This document shows positions 13,801-26,700 of a DNA stretch of 64,000 bases, in pieces. This DNA comes from Adineta vaga (lineage: Eukaryota > Animalia > Rotifera): the NCBI GenBank assembly GCA_021613535.1, contig CP075493.1, positions 4,774,001-4,838,000 on the forward strand. The letters are read 5' to 3'. Position numbers and translations under genes: made by a program. Position 1 is the first letter of the stretch. Every line of letters begins with the position of its first letter. The notes below the pieces were generated by a model. The model was not told where the DNA came from, did not search any database, and worked only from the letters and a program-made list of their open reading frames with translations.

Positions 13801-13922
13801 CCTATAACTTTGTTTTACTTGACAATCAGAAATAAATATTGAAATGAAATAAATAAATATAAAACGATAAAATTACTCACATAACGATTGAATCTTTGAT
13901 TTGAAAAGCAGAACTGATCCAT
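10884..13922 (-). CDS. Many-exon uncharacterised protein with an N-terminal coiled coil and a divergent RHD-like central domain
   Basis: Exons joined by short GT-AG introns. Coiled coil LQKSLEELKQKTAKHEEILLKLEQ. RHD-like order EYPVVML...SIHSICGK...NDVRYRKK...YNLSEARLAICIK...IFYSNVLKE. The start at 13922 (MDQFCFSNQRFNRY) is tentative. Confidence 0.5.
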
Positions 13923-14465
13923 TACCTTGAATAGCCTAGGTTTATATATAAAATTTTTTGGAATTTCCAAAAAAATCCGTAAATATTTATGGAATTTTTT
14001 TTCCATGTATAAAATGGATACAAGGTGTCCAATCATTTACTATGCATTATTTTTACATCAACATTTTTTCAAATTTTCTAAACGAAACATTTTTGTTCTC
14101 AACATGAAATTTCAAGGTAAACATTTTTCAAATGCATACGATACAGATCTTATGCGGATAGGTGGCAGTATTGAATGATCGAAACTGCTTTGCAAGTCGC
14201 TTTCTTGAAGAACCTTTCATGCGATCAAAGGGAAAAAAAAAGAGTACATAAAGCACCTGATGATTGTTTGTTAGAAGCAGTTTATCATGACGACATACTC
14301 TTATTCAAGGATATTTATAACGAAAGAACAATTTCATCTTTTCTCATTTCGACAAAAGTAACTTTGATTTTTGATATATGTGATGAATACTCATGGATTA
14401 TTAAAAGAAAATATTCAACTCCAAATCCAACTGAATACACTGTGTTATCTGTTACAGAATGTTGA

Positions 14466-15690
14466 CATTGTGGTACATTAAATATGATTGAATAACATGA
14501 ATATGAATTACGAGGTTGTTACGTTTTGTTGCTCCATTCATATGTTATTATTCGTCAAAATCTTCACATGATTTGTATGTTTTCTGTTATGGTCATAATT
14601 AATCTCAAGTTTTATATAGATCTACTCGTCTTTCTGGTGCTATTCCACTATCACGTTACATGTTTGGAGTTTTCTTTAGTTGACATACCATTGGATGTGA
14701 TTGTCACATATATGAATTGGCATATGAAATTTTATAAATCACCGGAAACTGAACGAAATCAAGCTGGACAACTATCTGGATGAACTGGTTATACATTTAA
14801 TAAACAGTTTTTTCTTTATCCACAAAACTTTTCTTCAATGGTGTGAACAAGGTTGAATGAATAATATACCTTATAAAAATCCAACTTTTTCGCTTAATTA
14901 TATATTTTCTATACGGATCCTAAACAACATTGATCGATTCTTTTAAATCGTTGGGGTGGTCTTGGTAATCATCGATATCAAATTGTTTTTTCCGGTGATG
15001 TTTATCCATCGTGGGATACGCTTTCATTTCAAACAGGTTTTTACAGCTACAGGAGTCAATAATGGTGGACACATGACCGAAACCTACGCTTGAAATGTTT
15101 ACACGATGGGTTTCATGAGGAATATTTTCATCCATATTTCGTATAGATTTTTCCAAGACTGCTGTAAATGATCGACGACCATGTGTGTATCAAAATAATA
15201 TTGTTCGATTTATTCGCCTTCGCCAAGCACTGGTTTCCTATCTCTATACAACCACACGACGTACTTATAATACAGGTTTATCCATGGTTTTGCCTCTTTA
15301 TTATTATCCAGATAATGAACAAGCTTATACACAGCTGACCAATTTGGTTTCCACCAAATGATAAATCGGTTAAATTTCTTAATGATGATCTTTCTACCAC
15401 ATTCAAACAATCATTTACTCTAGATGAAGTATCAGTTTATGCTAAAATTGGTTCAATTATTCCACTTTTATCAGAATCAATATCGAATCGAGATTGACTT
15501 GGTCGTGCACAGAAAATAATAAACTCACTTCTATTCTATACTCTTATTGGTGAATCATCGCAAGGTTATGGTACTTTCTATAAAGATGATGGTACATCAA
15601 TAGTTTATGAGCCTTCATTTTCTTCAATGACGCTATTATTCGATTTGAATATACGATATCTGATAGCAACACTATACATTTTAGTATGTC
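14466..15690 (+). pseudogene. Degraded glycoside hydrolase family 31 (bacterial-type alpha-glucosidase/xylosidase-like) pseudogene
   Basis: Fragments in shifting frames with stops and deletions: DLYVFCYGHN*, SGAIPLSRYMFGVFFS*, DIPLDVIVTYMNWH, RWGGLGNHRYQIVFSGDVYPSWDTLSFQ (14949-15050), LEMFTRWVS*GIFSSIFR, IRLRQAL..YLYTTTRRTYNTGLSMVLPLYYYP, VYAKIGSIIP, GTFYKDDGTS. Confidence 0.85.
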
Positions 15691-15761
15691 CACCTCTTGT
15701 TGTAGTTGTTTATTATTACAAATGACTATTTTTCTTTTTGAACAATTTATTATAAACATAA

Positions 15762-16650
15762 TTAAGCAGAAAAAATAGTCGTTTGATGAATTAAACTTTC
15801 AATATATCTTTCTTGTTGAATCAATTGATTTTTACTTCGTTTTTTTGTTAATCTAATCAATTCATCAAATTCTTGTTTTATCTCCTGATAATTCACTAAT
15901 GACTGAAGTTGATTTAATGATAGATAACATTTTTCTAAATGATATTCTCCATTTTCACCATCAAGAATCATTTGAACGAAGATTTGTAATTGTTCGATAA
16001 ATTGATAACATTCATTAGTTTGAATGTTTTTTTCATCAAACCAATGTACACGTTTATGATTATTAGAACGTAATGTTAATGTGTCTACTTCAGATTTTTC
16101 GCCGCGACCAAAACTATATAAATGACCCACATTAGAAATAACTGAAGGATTAGCTAAAATCAAATTATAGTCTAAAATCAAATCGAAGAGGAAGGAGAGA
16201 GCGAACAAACTAACCTTGTTTCCGCTCGATAGATTTTCCTCGTTTTAATAATTTATTCAATTTTCGTCGCCATTTACTATCTGTCTGCGATGATTGAGAC
16301 TCATTCGAATTCATACTATATGTCAATTTCTGTTGCTTTGTCGGTGTAGACCAAGTCATGATTGCATTAGAATTCTCATCATCATCATCATCATCTTGAA
16401 AGAATATTCGAGATTCAAGTGGATTATCAGCAAATGGTGACGGTGGTGGAATTGGGAAATAAATTACTCCTTGAGGACCATAACATGTTGTTAGATCTAA
16501 ATAGAGAAGAAATTCTTTATTTTCTTGTTTGTAGACAAACTAATTCACAAGAGATGATAATTAACATATACTTGAAGAAAAAATAATAATAATAAAATGA
16601 TACATACCAATTACATCTGGTTCATCGTCATTATTCCTAGTTGGTTTCAT
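15762..16650 (-). CDS. Uncharacterised 3-exon protein
   Basis: MKPTRNNDDEPDVI / DLTTCYGPQGVIYFPIPPPSPF...KSIERKQ / DYNLILANPS...KRVHWFDE...TTIFSA* joined by GT-AG introns. It contains an RVxW (PP1-docking-like) motif. No family recognised. Confidence 0.55.
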
Positions 16651-17375
16651 TTGTCCTTCGTATATCAGAAGAAATGAAAAGAAAAAGATTGAAAGAATAT
16701 ATAGAAATATATATTGACATAGATATTCGATCAAAGAATAACAAATGGTTACCTGTACGTGTAACATTGATCACGGCTCGATAGAGAACAAGTAGTTATG
16801 ACGGTGTCAATGTAAGTGATGAAGGTGAAGAGATGTCATATTTGAAACGATATTTCTTCTTTATTGATACATCAAGGTATTATTGTATTTTGTATGAAAA
16901 TTTATAGACTTTTATTTTTCTTGAAGCAATGCATTTTAATTCTTTTCAAAAACAATCGAACAAATGATTCATTGGGTGAATCATTATTTCTTAGAATTTC
17001 TCCAAATGTTTGCCAAAATCAAATCAAAATGAGACATCATATTATGTGAACAATATTTAATTGTGAAAATAAACTTTGAAAATTTTCTAATAAAAAAACC
17101 ATCAAAACTATAATGTTCAACAAGATCTTTGTTTCGAGTTTGAAAATCACTTATGCTATATCTAGCTTCATTGCAAGATAATAATAATCCAAATAAGATT
17201 GATTATAGCTAGAGTTTTCTCATCTTTTCAATACTGTATTATTTTAAAATTTGAATAATATTTCTCTATCCTGTATCAACATAAGATAAAATTGACCATC
17301 TCTGATTTTATTTTAAATCTTTTCGTTTTCATCTCCACTTTCTCCTTCTTTTATTTACAAATAAAAATCTTTTCA

Positions 17376-19764
17376 TCACATTGGATCCGGACTAGCAGCA
17401 CTGTCACTAATATTATTAGCATTTGTCGTTGCCGTATGTTGATCAATGAAAGTTTTGATGTATGAACTAACGCGTTGACCCAACGATTCATTCTAAGAAA
17501 ACAAATCGATTCTTCGAATAAAAATATTATCTTTACATACATTTAATGTCCAAGCGATATCGATGTCACCATCTGGTTCAATAGAAACTCGTAATTGTTT
17601 ATTATCAATATGAAGAAGATTGTCCGATATCAATATAATTCGATGTTTTAATTCGTTACTTCCACCATTTAATTCTCGTTCGAGTAATTGAACTAATGAA
17701 ACAAGTTGAATAGATCGAATGCTAGTTGATGATGGAAAACGTGAATGAAATTGAACTAAATGATGAGCAAGTCCTAATTCATTCATAGCTGTTGATGGTC
17801 GAACAAGACGAAGACGCTAAATTGAAACTATTATTCATTGCATATCATCGATTTGTTACTTACTCCGTCTTTGATGATTAATGTTCCTTGCATTTGTTTG
17901 GTGCGTTTTGCAGTTCGACCAACATCAGCAGTCTCTTCTATCATAGTGCCATAGAAAAGATATTATTCATTTAAAAGACAATTTGTAAAATCTTACCTTT
18001 CAATTGTTGAACAAGTCCTGGTTCGATATCAACTGGTACACCATGTGGAGTTTCAATGACGATTGTTTCACCATTTGCTGGTTTGAAACAAGGAATTTCT
18101 ATATGAATTATATAATTAGTTATCATTTGAATAATTCATTTTGGACTAATTACTTAATTCATCAATGATACGTCCACGAAGAAAATCCATTACTAAATCT
18201 TCTCCATGAACTAGAACAACATTACTTGGTTGACATTGACGAATAATATTGGTAATGCCTTTCGCATCAGCATGCGCAGAAAAAGACATGTAATGAACTT
18301 GCATTTTAGCTTCTATTTCTTTTCCATCAAAAATAAAACGACGTTGACCAAGTAATAATTTCGAACCAACAGTATTTGCAACACAATAACCCGGAATAAT
18401 AATCTAATGATCAAAATATCTTTGAAAAAATCAATGAAAAAAAACTCAGTAAACAAACCATATTCTTTTCATCAGGTGCCCATTTTTTAAATAAATGAAG
18501 TGAATAACCTGCATGAAGCATACCAGGTGATGCAAAGACAATCATTGCGCCAGGTTGTTCAACATACGATCGATCCCATGGCTAAATATCAAACTATAGA
18601 AGATATTCATGAAAGAAGCAAATATCTACTTTAATATGTTTAAAATCAAAAATATTCTTTTGATGAAATGTTGATTGAATTTTTTCATTTGTCCATGATA
18701 CAAATAATGAATAGTAAGTATTGACTTTTTCTGACAGACCCGATGCAAAATAGATTGGTACATTTAAATTCATTCGTTCTAAATATGTTTCTAATAAAAT
18801 ACATAATTCTTGTGCACGTCCAACTGCAAAGACAGGAACAAGAACTTTGCCACCATGTCGAACACAATCGACAACTTTAGCCATAAAATCACGTTCACGT
18901 GCACGACGAGAATCACGAACAGTTGATCCATAAGTTGATTCAGTGATTAAAATATCTGGTCGACAACGATCAATATGTGCGGAACCAAGATGACGATCTG
19001 CGGTTGTATTAAAATCACCTGTATAAACAAGTGTTTGTTGACCAACACGAATATGAAACATAGCAGCACCCAAAACATGACCAGCATAATATGGTTTTAT
19101 TTCAAAATCTGTATCAACCTATGTAGAAGAATGATTCATAATGATTTTGAAGAGAAAAATTAATGAAAATTTACTTTAACTGTCTGTCCTAAACTAACAG
19201 GAATGACTTTTTTCATACAATTTTTAATATCTTCTGTTGTATACGGTCCTTGTTGTGTTGTTTTATCTGTTGTTACTTTACGAAAATCTTCCTATAGTTA
19301 AAAACGAATTAATTCATGATGAATAAAACATTGTACTCATACGAGAAGAAGAGGACAAACAGCTTTTGTTGGATAGGTCATATATATGGGTCCATTATAA
19401 CCAACAACTTCGGTCATATAAGGTAATGCTCCACAATGATCTAAATGGAAGTGACTAAAATGAAAAGAAAGAAAGAGAAGTTTAGGAATTTAAATTAAAA
19501 CATAGTATTACCTAACGATCACACAATGAATGTATGGTGTAAGTGGACCATCTTTACAAATGACGGAAAAATCTGGAAATCGACGCTATAATAATATTCA
19601 AGTGTGGTATGCTTAAAACAAAAGGATCAATGACTTACATCATCATGAAAGCCCATATGTAGACCACAATCAAGCATTATATTTTTACCACCCATCGTAA
19701 TAAGTATACAACTTCGACCAACATCTTGACCAGCTCCTAATGGTAAAATACGTATCTCGGACAT
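17376..19764 (-). CDS. INTS11: Integrator complex subunit 11 (CPSF3L), MBL/beta-CASP endonuclease
   Basis: [21 protein letters not shown]...[84 protein letters not shown]. About 10 short introns. Confidence 0.95.
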
Positions 19765-20155
19765 CTAGAATAATATCACTATAGCTTTTTCTCTACATCA
19801 ATCACGAAAACCACCTTGATATCACCTTCTCTGACCTATAGTGATAAAACGATGAGGTATCTTTTTTTGCTTTAAATATGTATGATACATTGACAACATT
19901 CAACTCTTGCTGTTTATTAAACAAGGTAACCTGATTTCGATGCAATTCTTTGTCTAATGTTTGTTAAATATTTCATTGAGTTTTAGAGAAAATTTAAAGG
20001 AAAAACTAAACTAAACAAACAAACAAACCATACTGCTATATGGGAATCGCCATGGGACAAGGCTAGAATCTATTTATTTTAAAGGGATTTCAAAGAAAAA
20101 AGAAAACGAAATAAACAAATATGAAAAGTGATAGAATAAGTCTATGTTATGGGTT

Positions 20156-20526
20156 CTACATATTCCAAATGTTACGGAGTTTGACCAACGTAGGACGTTC
20201 ATCAATCGCTTCAACACCCTACAATCAAAAAAGTAATAGTTTGCTACAATTAGATTATAAAATCAAAAATCATACTCGAGGATAATATTCATTTCCCGTA
20301 ATACGTCGATCTCTTAAATACATGTAATAATCTCGATCATCTTTCATCATATTTTTGGGACCACGTGCCTAATCAAAAAATAGAATGAATAATAATTAAA
20401 CATCAAGATTGAACTTACTTTGCCATTGAGAAAAAAATAATTGCTAATATACATAGCAGGTGCAGCAACAAGAAGCAGTGGTCCTGCAGTAAGAACAAGT
20501 GATGGTAAAATTTCGAACCAAACCAT
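20156..20526 (-). CDS. NDUFA1: NADH:ubiquinone oxidoreductase subunit A1 (MWFE)
   Basis: Three small exons absent from the ORF track: MVWFEILPSLVLTAGPLLLVAAPAMYISNYFFLNGK / ARGPK...MYLRDRRITGNEYYPR / GVEAIDERP...NM*. These match the MWFEILP...RDRRI.G...Y..G.E.ID signature. Confidence 0.9.
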
Positions 20527-20946
20527 CTCTATCTGAAAAGAAACACAACATAGAAAACATATAGATAACTGATAATCGTAGAAGGATATTGAACAAAATA
20601 GTAAAACAGAATGTTGTTTATTGATTATCTTTTAGAAAATAATTGTACTATCACAATATCCTATAAATATAAATAACTGACTATTAAACAACATTACGAG
20701 AAAAACTAGATAGAATGTTGACTAGTTCTATCAGATGTATACATATATAAGATTTATCATAAACACAATATATCTGATCGAAGATCGATAAAATGAATAG
20801 TTTGAAAACTTGATATGTCGAAGATACTTCTTTGTGTTATCTATAGTAATGAGATAATCGAAATGGAACATTCTATATCTGACATAAGATGAATGGATTA
20901 AAACTGGATGAATAAGACACAAAAGAAGAAAAGAGAAACAACTAGA

Positions 20947-22111
20947 TTAGAACAGTCTTTGTCGTTTATCCTGATTGGTAGAACTATGATTAGGAGATGG
21001 GAGAGTTCGTTTGAGTGATGATGAAGGGGATGAAAATAATTGTTTGATAACTCCACTCGCTTTTCGTGGTGTAATCGGTGGTTGTTCCTGCTGTTCAGAC
21101 AGAGAAGTTGCTGACTTTTGTTTAGGTGAATCAACAAATAGACGTCGACGACCTTCTGAAAAATAAATAGAACCATAGATAGATAATTGGTCAATTTCTC
21201 TTTCGAAAATATACTTTCATGTGATTGTGATGATATAAATGGTCTTGATGGTACTGGTTGAGATGCTGATCGAATTTCATCTGACTTAGGTGAATATTTT
21301 TGTGCTTCTCGTACAAAACGTCTTAAAACATAATTACAACGTGATACACGATTGACTACTTGAGATAGATGAAGAGTGGTTGGTTTAGCTGATTGATTTT
21401 CAAGAACGGGAACATTGTACACTTTATAAAACAAATAATATAAAAAGAAATCATCATTTCGCTTTCTACACGTCATCGAAAACGAATCGTCTCCCCTCTA
21501 ACAAAAATCTATCCTCCATGAACGATGATGTTAAGTCAATCGTATCACTTTTAATAAAAAAAATAGTCTTACTATTCTAATATAAAACTTACAGGGAGTT
21601 GTTGATCGAAGTCGAAGAGATAGGCGTTGAATTTCACGTGCCATTATATCAGATGGAAACATATCATTTCTAATTTCATCTTCTTTAACTGGCGTTTCTT
21701 CTACAGCTTCACGTTTTTCTCCGGTGATTTCTTGCACTGTTGAATTTGTAGTTGGAGCATTAAAGTCAAATGAACGTTTTTTTATTGGAATAAATTTTAC
21801 TGGTGTATTTTCTACATTTGCTATAGGTGATGGAGATGGACTAAAACGAGATATTATTGGTCAGATAGAATGAAATCATTTTATCTGCAAAATATTTACT
21901 TTGTAACTGGTAAAGGTTTAAAACTGAGTGTACGATTAAAAATTGATGTTGTTGTTGTTGTTGTTGCTTTTTTAACATTGATCATTTTACGATTTTTTGT
22001 TAATTCATGTTGTAATGTAGAAACATTTCGTTGAGAATAAGATCGACGAGATTTTGTTGAAGAAGATGTCGGTCGATCCGAGACTAAATCTATCTCGAAT
22101 CGATCAGTCAT
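20947..22111 (-). CDS. Uncharacterised S/T/P-rich, probably nuclear protein with CDK-type SP/TP sites and RRLF motifs
   Basis: Four exons. The last exon reads EGRRRLFVDSPKQK...ITPRKAS...KRTLPSP...DKRQRLF*, with the stop at 20947. Confidence 0.55.
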
Positions 22112-22370
22112 TTTTGTCTGAAAGTTTGTCTTCTGATATCTGATAGAATATATTTATTTACAGCTGTTTTTCAAGTCAGACGAAAGAAAAAATACGTTAA
22201 CAGAAGACTCAATTCATATCCATCTGTTGGACAAACTTTCTTAACAAATCATATTAACATTATGACAGATGTCGTCAGCGAACAATGCAGATCTACATAT
22301 GCCGCATCAATTACATTTATTTAGAAAACAAGCAATTAAATCATATAAAAAAAAGGTATGAAAGTACTTT

Positions 22371-23348
22371 TTATTCCGGAAGTTGTTTACGTAAGCCAGC
22401 AGGAGGTGTACCTTTCAAAGTAGGTCTAATCATTAGTTTATCAGTTAACCAAGCGGGACCTCGTGACAATGGAAACATAACATAACTTGATTGCCATCCG
22501 GGTCGATACCGAATTTGTGGAGCACTATTCATGACTGCATGTTTGAGTGCTTGCACAACTTTAGCAGGATTTTCTGCTTTTTTCATAAATATATTATGCG
22601 TAACTTGATTAACTTGATTCTCAAGTTCATCTTTACCCCAACGATCTTTAACATCATCTGATAGAGTATTCCATAGATTACGTAGTGATTTATCATGTCC
22701 TTCAACAATATTCGTTTTCATAAAACCTGGTTCAATAATACTAACACGTAAATTCCATACTGCCATTTCACGACGAAGACAATCCGAAAAAGATTCCAAT
22801 GCATATTTTGATGCTGCATAAGCTCCCATACCTGGTTTAGTTAAATATCCAGCAACAGAACAAATATTTACGACACGAGAATCTCGTTTTGCTATTAATA
22901 ATGGTAGAAATTTTTTCGTCATGGCTACATGTCCAAAAAAATTGACATCCATCATTCGACGCATAAATTCCAATGATACCCAATCGATATATCCACCTGC
23001 ACCAATACCAGCATTGTTAACCAATGCATGAAGTACTTGTGTTTTCTTACTGATCATTTCATAAGCAGCATCGATATCTACTTGACGAGTAACATCCAAT
23101 TGAAAAACTGTTGCACGAGGTGACAGAATCTTTGTTAATGATTCTTCACTACTAGAACTAAATACACCAGCTAACACATTAAAACCTTGTTTATCTAATT
23201 CAATTGCTAATCCATTACCAAAACCTGTATCACATCCACTAATCAAAACATATTTACCATTTGGACTAATATCAGGTGTTGGAAAGAAATGTTGATATAG
23301 TCGATACGATACATAGAAAAATATAATTAAACCTATGAGGAAGCACAT
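22371..23348 (-). CDS. Short-chain dehydrogenase/reductase, retinol dehydrogenase/17beta-HSD6-like
   Basis: Intronless 325 aa with an N-terminal TM, ISGCDTGFG cofactor motif, LVNNAG, YAASK catalytic motif and IIEPG. Confidence 0.92.
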   Translation of the reverse strand: MCFLIGLIIFFYVSYRLYQHFFPTPDISPNGKYVLISGCDTGFGNGLAIELDKQGFNVLAGVFSSSSEESLTKILSPRATVFQLDVTRQVDIDAAYEMISKKTQVLHALVNNAGIGAGGYIDWVSLEFMRRMMDVNFFGHVAMTKKFLPLLIAKRDSRVVNICSVAGYLTKPGMGAYAASKYALESFSDCLRREMAVWNLRVSIIEPGFMKTNIVEGHDKSLRNLWNTLSDDVKDRWGKDELENQVNQVTHNIFMKKAENPAKVVQALKHAVMNSAPQIRYRPGWQSSYVMFPLSRGPAWLTDKLMIRPTLKGTPPAGLRKQLPE

Positions 23349-23533
23349 CCTTGTTATATTGTATTACAACAAAATATATGTGCGAGAGAAGGCAAAGTGT
23401 GTCGTTTTATATCTATGATAATATGTGAAACTTGAAGTTGACGTGATGAAGAAAAAGAAGAAAAAAAAACAGTGACATAGTTTTATATTATCTTTTGCCT
23501 TTCTTCGTTTTTGTAAGTACTTTTCGTTCGCAC

Positions 23534-23542
23534 TGACGTGAC
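23534..23542. promoter_or_regulatory. TGACGTGA(C) CRE/E-box-like motif upstream of the SDR gene
   Basis: The same 8-9-mer recurs within about 200 nt upstream of start codons at 23439, 35596, 38567 and 58894. Confidence 0.35.
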
Positions 23543-23717
23543 ATGACAAAATCCGTATAAATATTGTTCTATTTACATCATTGATTATTGGAATTAATTC
23601 CTATATCTATCTATTTCATATTTATTTGTGATACATAACAAAACGAAACATTTACATAAAAATTCGATTATCTATTTCATATTAAAAGGTTCTTTAGACC
23701 AAGTTTGACTTGATTGA

Positions 23718-26700
23718 CTAAACTATAATATCGTCTCTTGGATGTTGCAACATAAGAAAAATATGTTCTAGTGATGTTAATTGTACTGTATAATTTGGTG
23801 CAATAATATTTTGTTTTACAAGATCTTCTAAAATCTTGAATAAATTTGATAAACTACCTTTTGGATAGATATATTCATTGCTATTATCTATACTCTTCTC
23901 CAATGGGATATTCAATGATGATTGTAATGGTGTTAATCGAATACGATAATCAGTACCATATTTTTGTTTTAAATGTCGAGATGAACCTAAACATCTAGCA
24001 TTACCATGAACAAGTATTGTTAAACGATCACACAATTGTTCACATTCAAGCATTGAATGAGAAGCAAATACAATCGATGTATCAACTGGTCGATGTTGCA
24101 ATATAAGACGAATATGATTGCGTAACAATGGATCAACTTTAGCTGTTGGTTCATCGAGTAATAAAAGTGTTGGAGATCCAATTAAACATAGAGCTAAATG
24201 AAGACGACGACGAGTTCCACCACTTAAATGTGAAACTAGACGATGACGATATTTTTCTAATTGAAATTGAGTTAAAATTAAATTATTTAATGATGCTGGA
24301 TTAAGACCATGAAGACGACAAATATAATTGATCGATTGTACAACGGTTAAAGCCGAGAAAGTAATATCATCTTGAGGACAGTAACCAATCGATCCTTGAT
24401 TACTTTTAAAAACATGACCACCAGTTGGTTGTAATTCTCCTACCAACATTCGAAATGTTGTAGTTTTACCTAAAGAAAAGCGTCTCAGAATCATCCTTCT
24501 ATAAGTTCCAACTTACCACTTCCATTGAAACCTAGAAGACCAAAACATTGCCGATAAGGTACTGTAAATGTTAATCGATTGACTGCTGGAACAGATGATC
24601 CAGGATAACGTTTCGAAAGATTATCAACTACAAGTGCTTCATTTTGTTTATCTTCATCACTCATTTTTTCTATTCGATTTCGTTCTTCTGCAACATCACT
24701 ATCTTCTTCTTGTTGATTCACAATTCCTTTTGTTCGACGACCAAGAAATGGTATTTTCCATGTATCAATCACAATTAATAGAAGAAAATAAATAATGAAT
24801 TGAGCAACCAATATTGATGTATGAATTAAAATTTTATGTGGATAACGTTCATGTGAAAACGCATCATTTTGTTGTAGAAATGAATCATCATATGGACATG
24901 AATATGATCGAAGAACAGTTACAATCAAGGTAAATACATTAACATTAGGAAAAATAAGTAAAAGTAACCATCGTATTGCATGAATGATTGTTAAGACTAG
25001 TGGATATCCACGAAACAATTCGATTAATACAATAAAAGCATACAAAACATGAGCAATTTGAAGAAGAAAGATAATGATTGTAGCACCTAGGATAGGAGCG
25101 TTGAAAAATTTTGAAAGTAGATAAATAAATGGTAAATTCGCTATGAAGAATAGTGGTGTAAGAGCGAAAAAACGTCCATTAAATGTTGCTGAATGAACGA
25201 AACGTGCAATGAGAATAAGAATTCCCAGCCAAAGAAGGCAGAGAAATAAATCACTAAGAAATGTAATACTCCAATGAATTGGTGACCGAAGGCCATGAAT
25301 TAATGAATATGAATGAACACCTGAGACATAATCTTGAATAACTAATGCCGCTGAAATAAGTAAAATTAAAGATAATAAAACAATCGATAAATGTAATGAC
25401 GGTGGAAGTGTATAGAAACAAAAATACGTCGCATCCTGTTTCAATAATGATAAAGCTACCGTATCAAATAATGGATTTCGTTCTTCATTACTAATAAAAC
25501 GCATGGGTGTGTATGTTTGATTAGAAAATAAGGCATAAATTGGCACACATGATGTAATTATGTTTGATAGTAGTGGTGATGATACATAACATTCCATATG
25601 ATTCGAAGATGATATTCGAACACCAACAATTTTTTTACGATGGCGATAATCTGATTGCCATATATGTGTGTCTATACAACAAAAAAAAATGATTATTCAA
25701 TTAATCGTGAAAAAAAATCAAAACTGCAAACATACCTAAGAGATATCGTTGAAAATCTGACGGTGAATAAAGTGAGGGCGTGAATAATACATCATAGTTT
25801 TTCAATGGTATTTTATATTTCAATTCAGATGATGTTGAAATAATATAACGCGTATGATCCATAGGTAACATAGATGATGGATTAAACGATGGCATATACG
25901 ATGGTGCCAAAGCATAAGCCAAATAGAGTAATAAGATAATTGGTAATAGACGAGCTCGTCTCAGAAAAACTTGTCCTCGTCGAACTAGTACACCGAATGT
26001 TTGATGGAACCATAGTTCATTTCGTTGTGTATTCGTTCGTGCTTCGAATAATTTATTTATCTGTTGTTTCACCGTGTTTTCTTCTAAAAAATGCAAATAA
26101 ACAATCAAATGATTGGTTAAAGAAAATCAATGATATTTTTACCTTCTGATAGAGTATCTGTTGATGAAGTTAATTTAATGAAAATATCATCTAATGTAAT
26201 ATTCTGTAATGAATGTTTTATATTATCTTGTTCTAATCGTTCAAGTAAATCAATAAGTTGCTTTCGATCAGGTATTTGAATAAGATTTGTTGTCCTATCT
26301 AGAATCCATTCATTTCGTATATATGAAGGTATTTGATCAACATGAAGACGATCACCCGATGGACCGAATTGTCGTTTTAATTCAAGAACAGTTCCTTGTG
26401 CTCGAATTTTACCAGAATCAAGTATAATAACTGAATCACAAAGTTCTTCCACTTCATCTAATAAATGTGATGATACTAATAAAGTACGATTTGTTTTAAT
26501 TTCACGAAGCCATGTCCAAAGTACACGACGAGCAACTGGATCCAATGATGACGATGGTTCATCTTAAAGAAAAAAAAGAATGTTTCAATTGATTACCACA
26601 TAGTCATTCTAATAATTGAATTTACCTAAAATAATAACATTTGCTTGTCCTACAAATGCACATAAGATTGATAATTTACGTTGCATTCCCCCGGATAATG

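Noticed and set aside
14016-14230. TACAAGGTGTCC resembling a Tc1/mariner terminal repeat
   Set aside because: I found no matching inverted partner or transposase remnant.
19765-19920. Possible operon junction NDUFA1 to INTS11 (AATAAA 19913-19918, acceptor 19836)
   Set aside because: A normal-sized (~53-nt) cis intron explains the acceptor, and NDUFA1 has a nearer AATAAA at 20073-20078.
22371-23348. SDR as the fucose dehydrogenase of the putative fucose cluster
   Set aside because: The sequence is a typical animal membrane-anchored RDH/17beta-HSD type and lies 13 kb away on the opposite strand.
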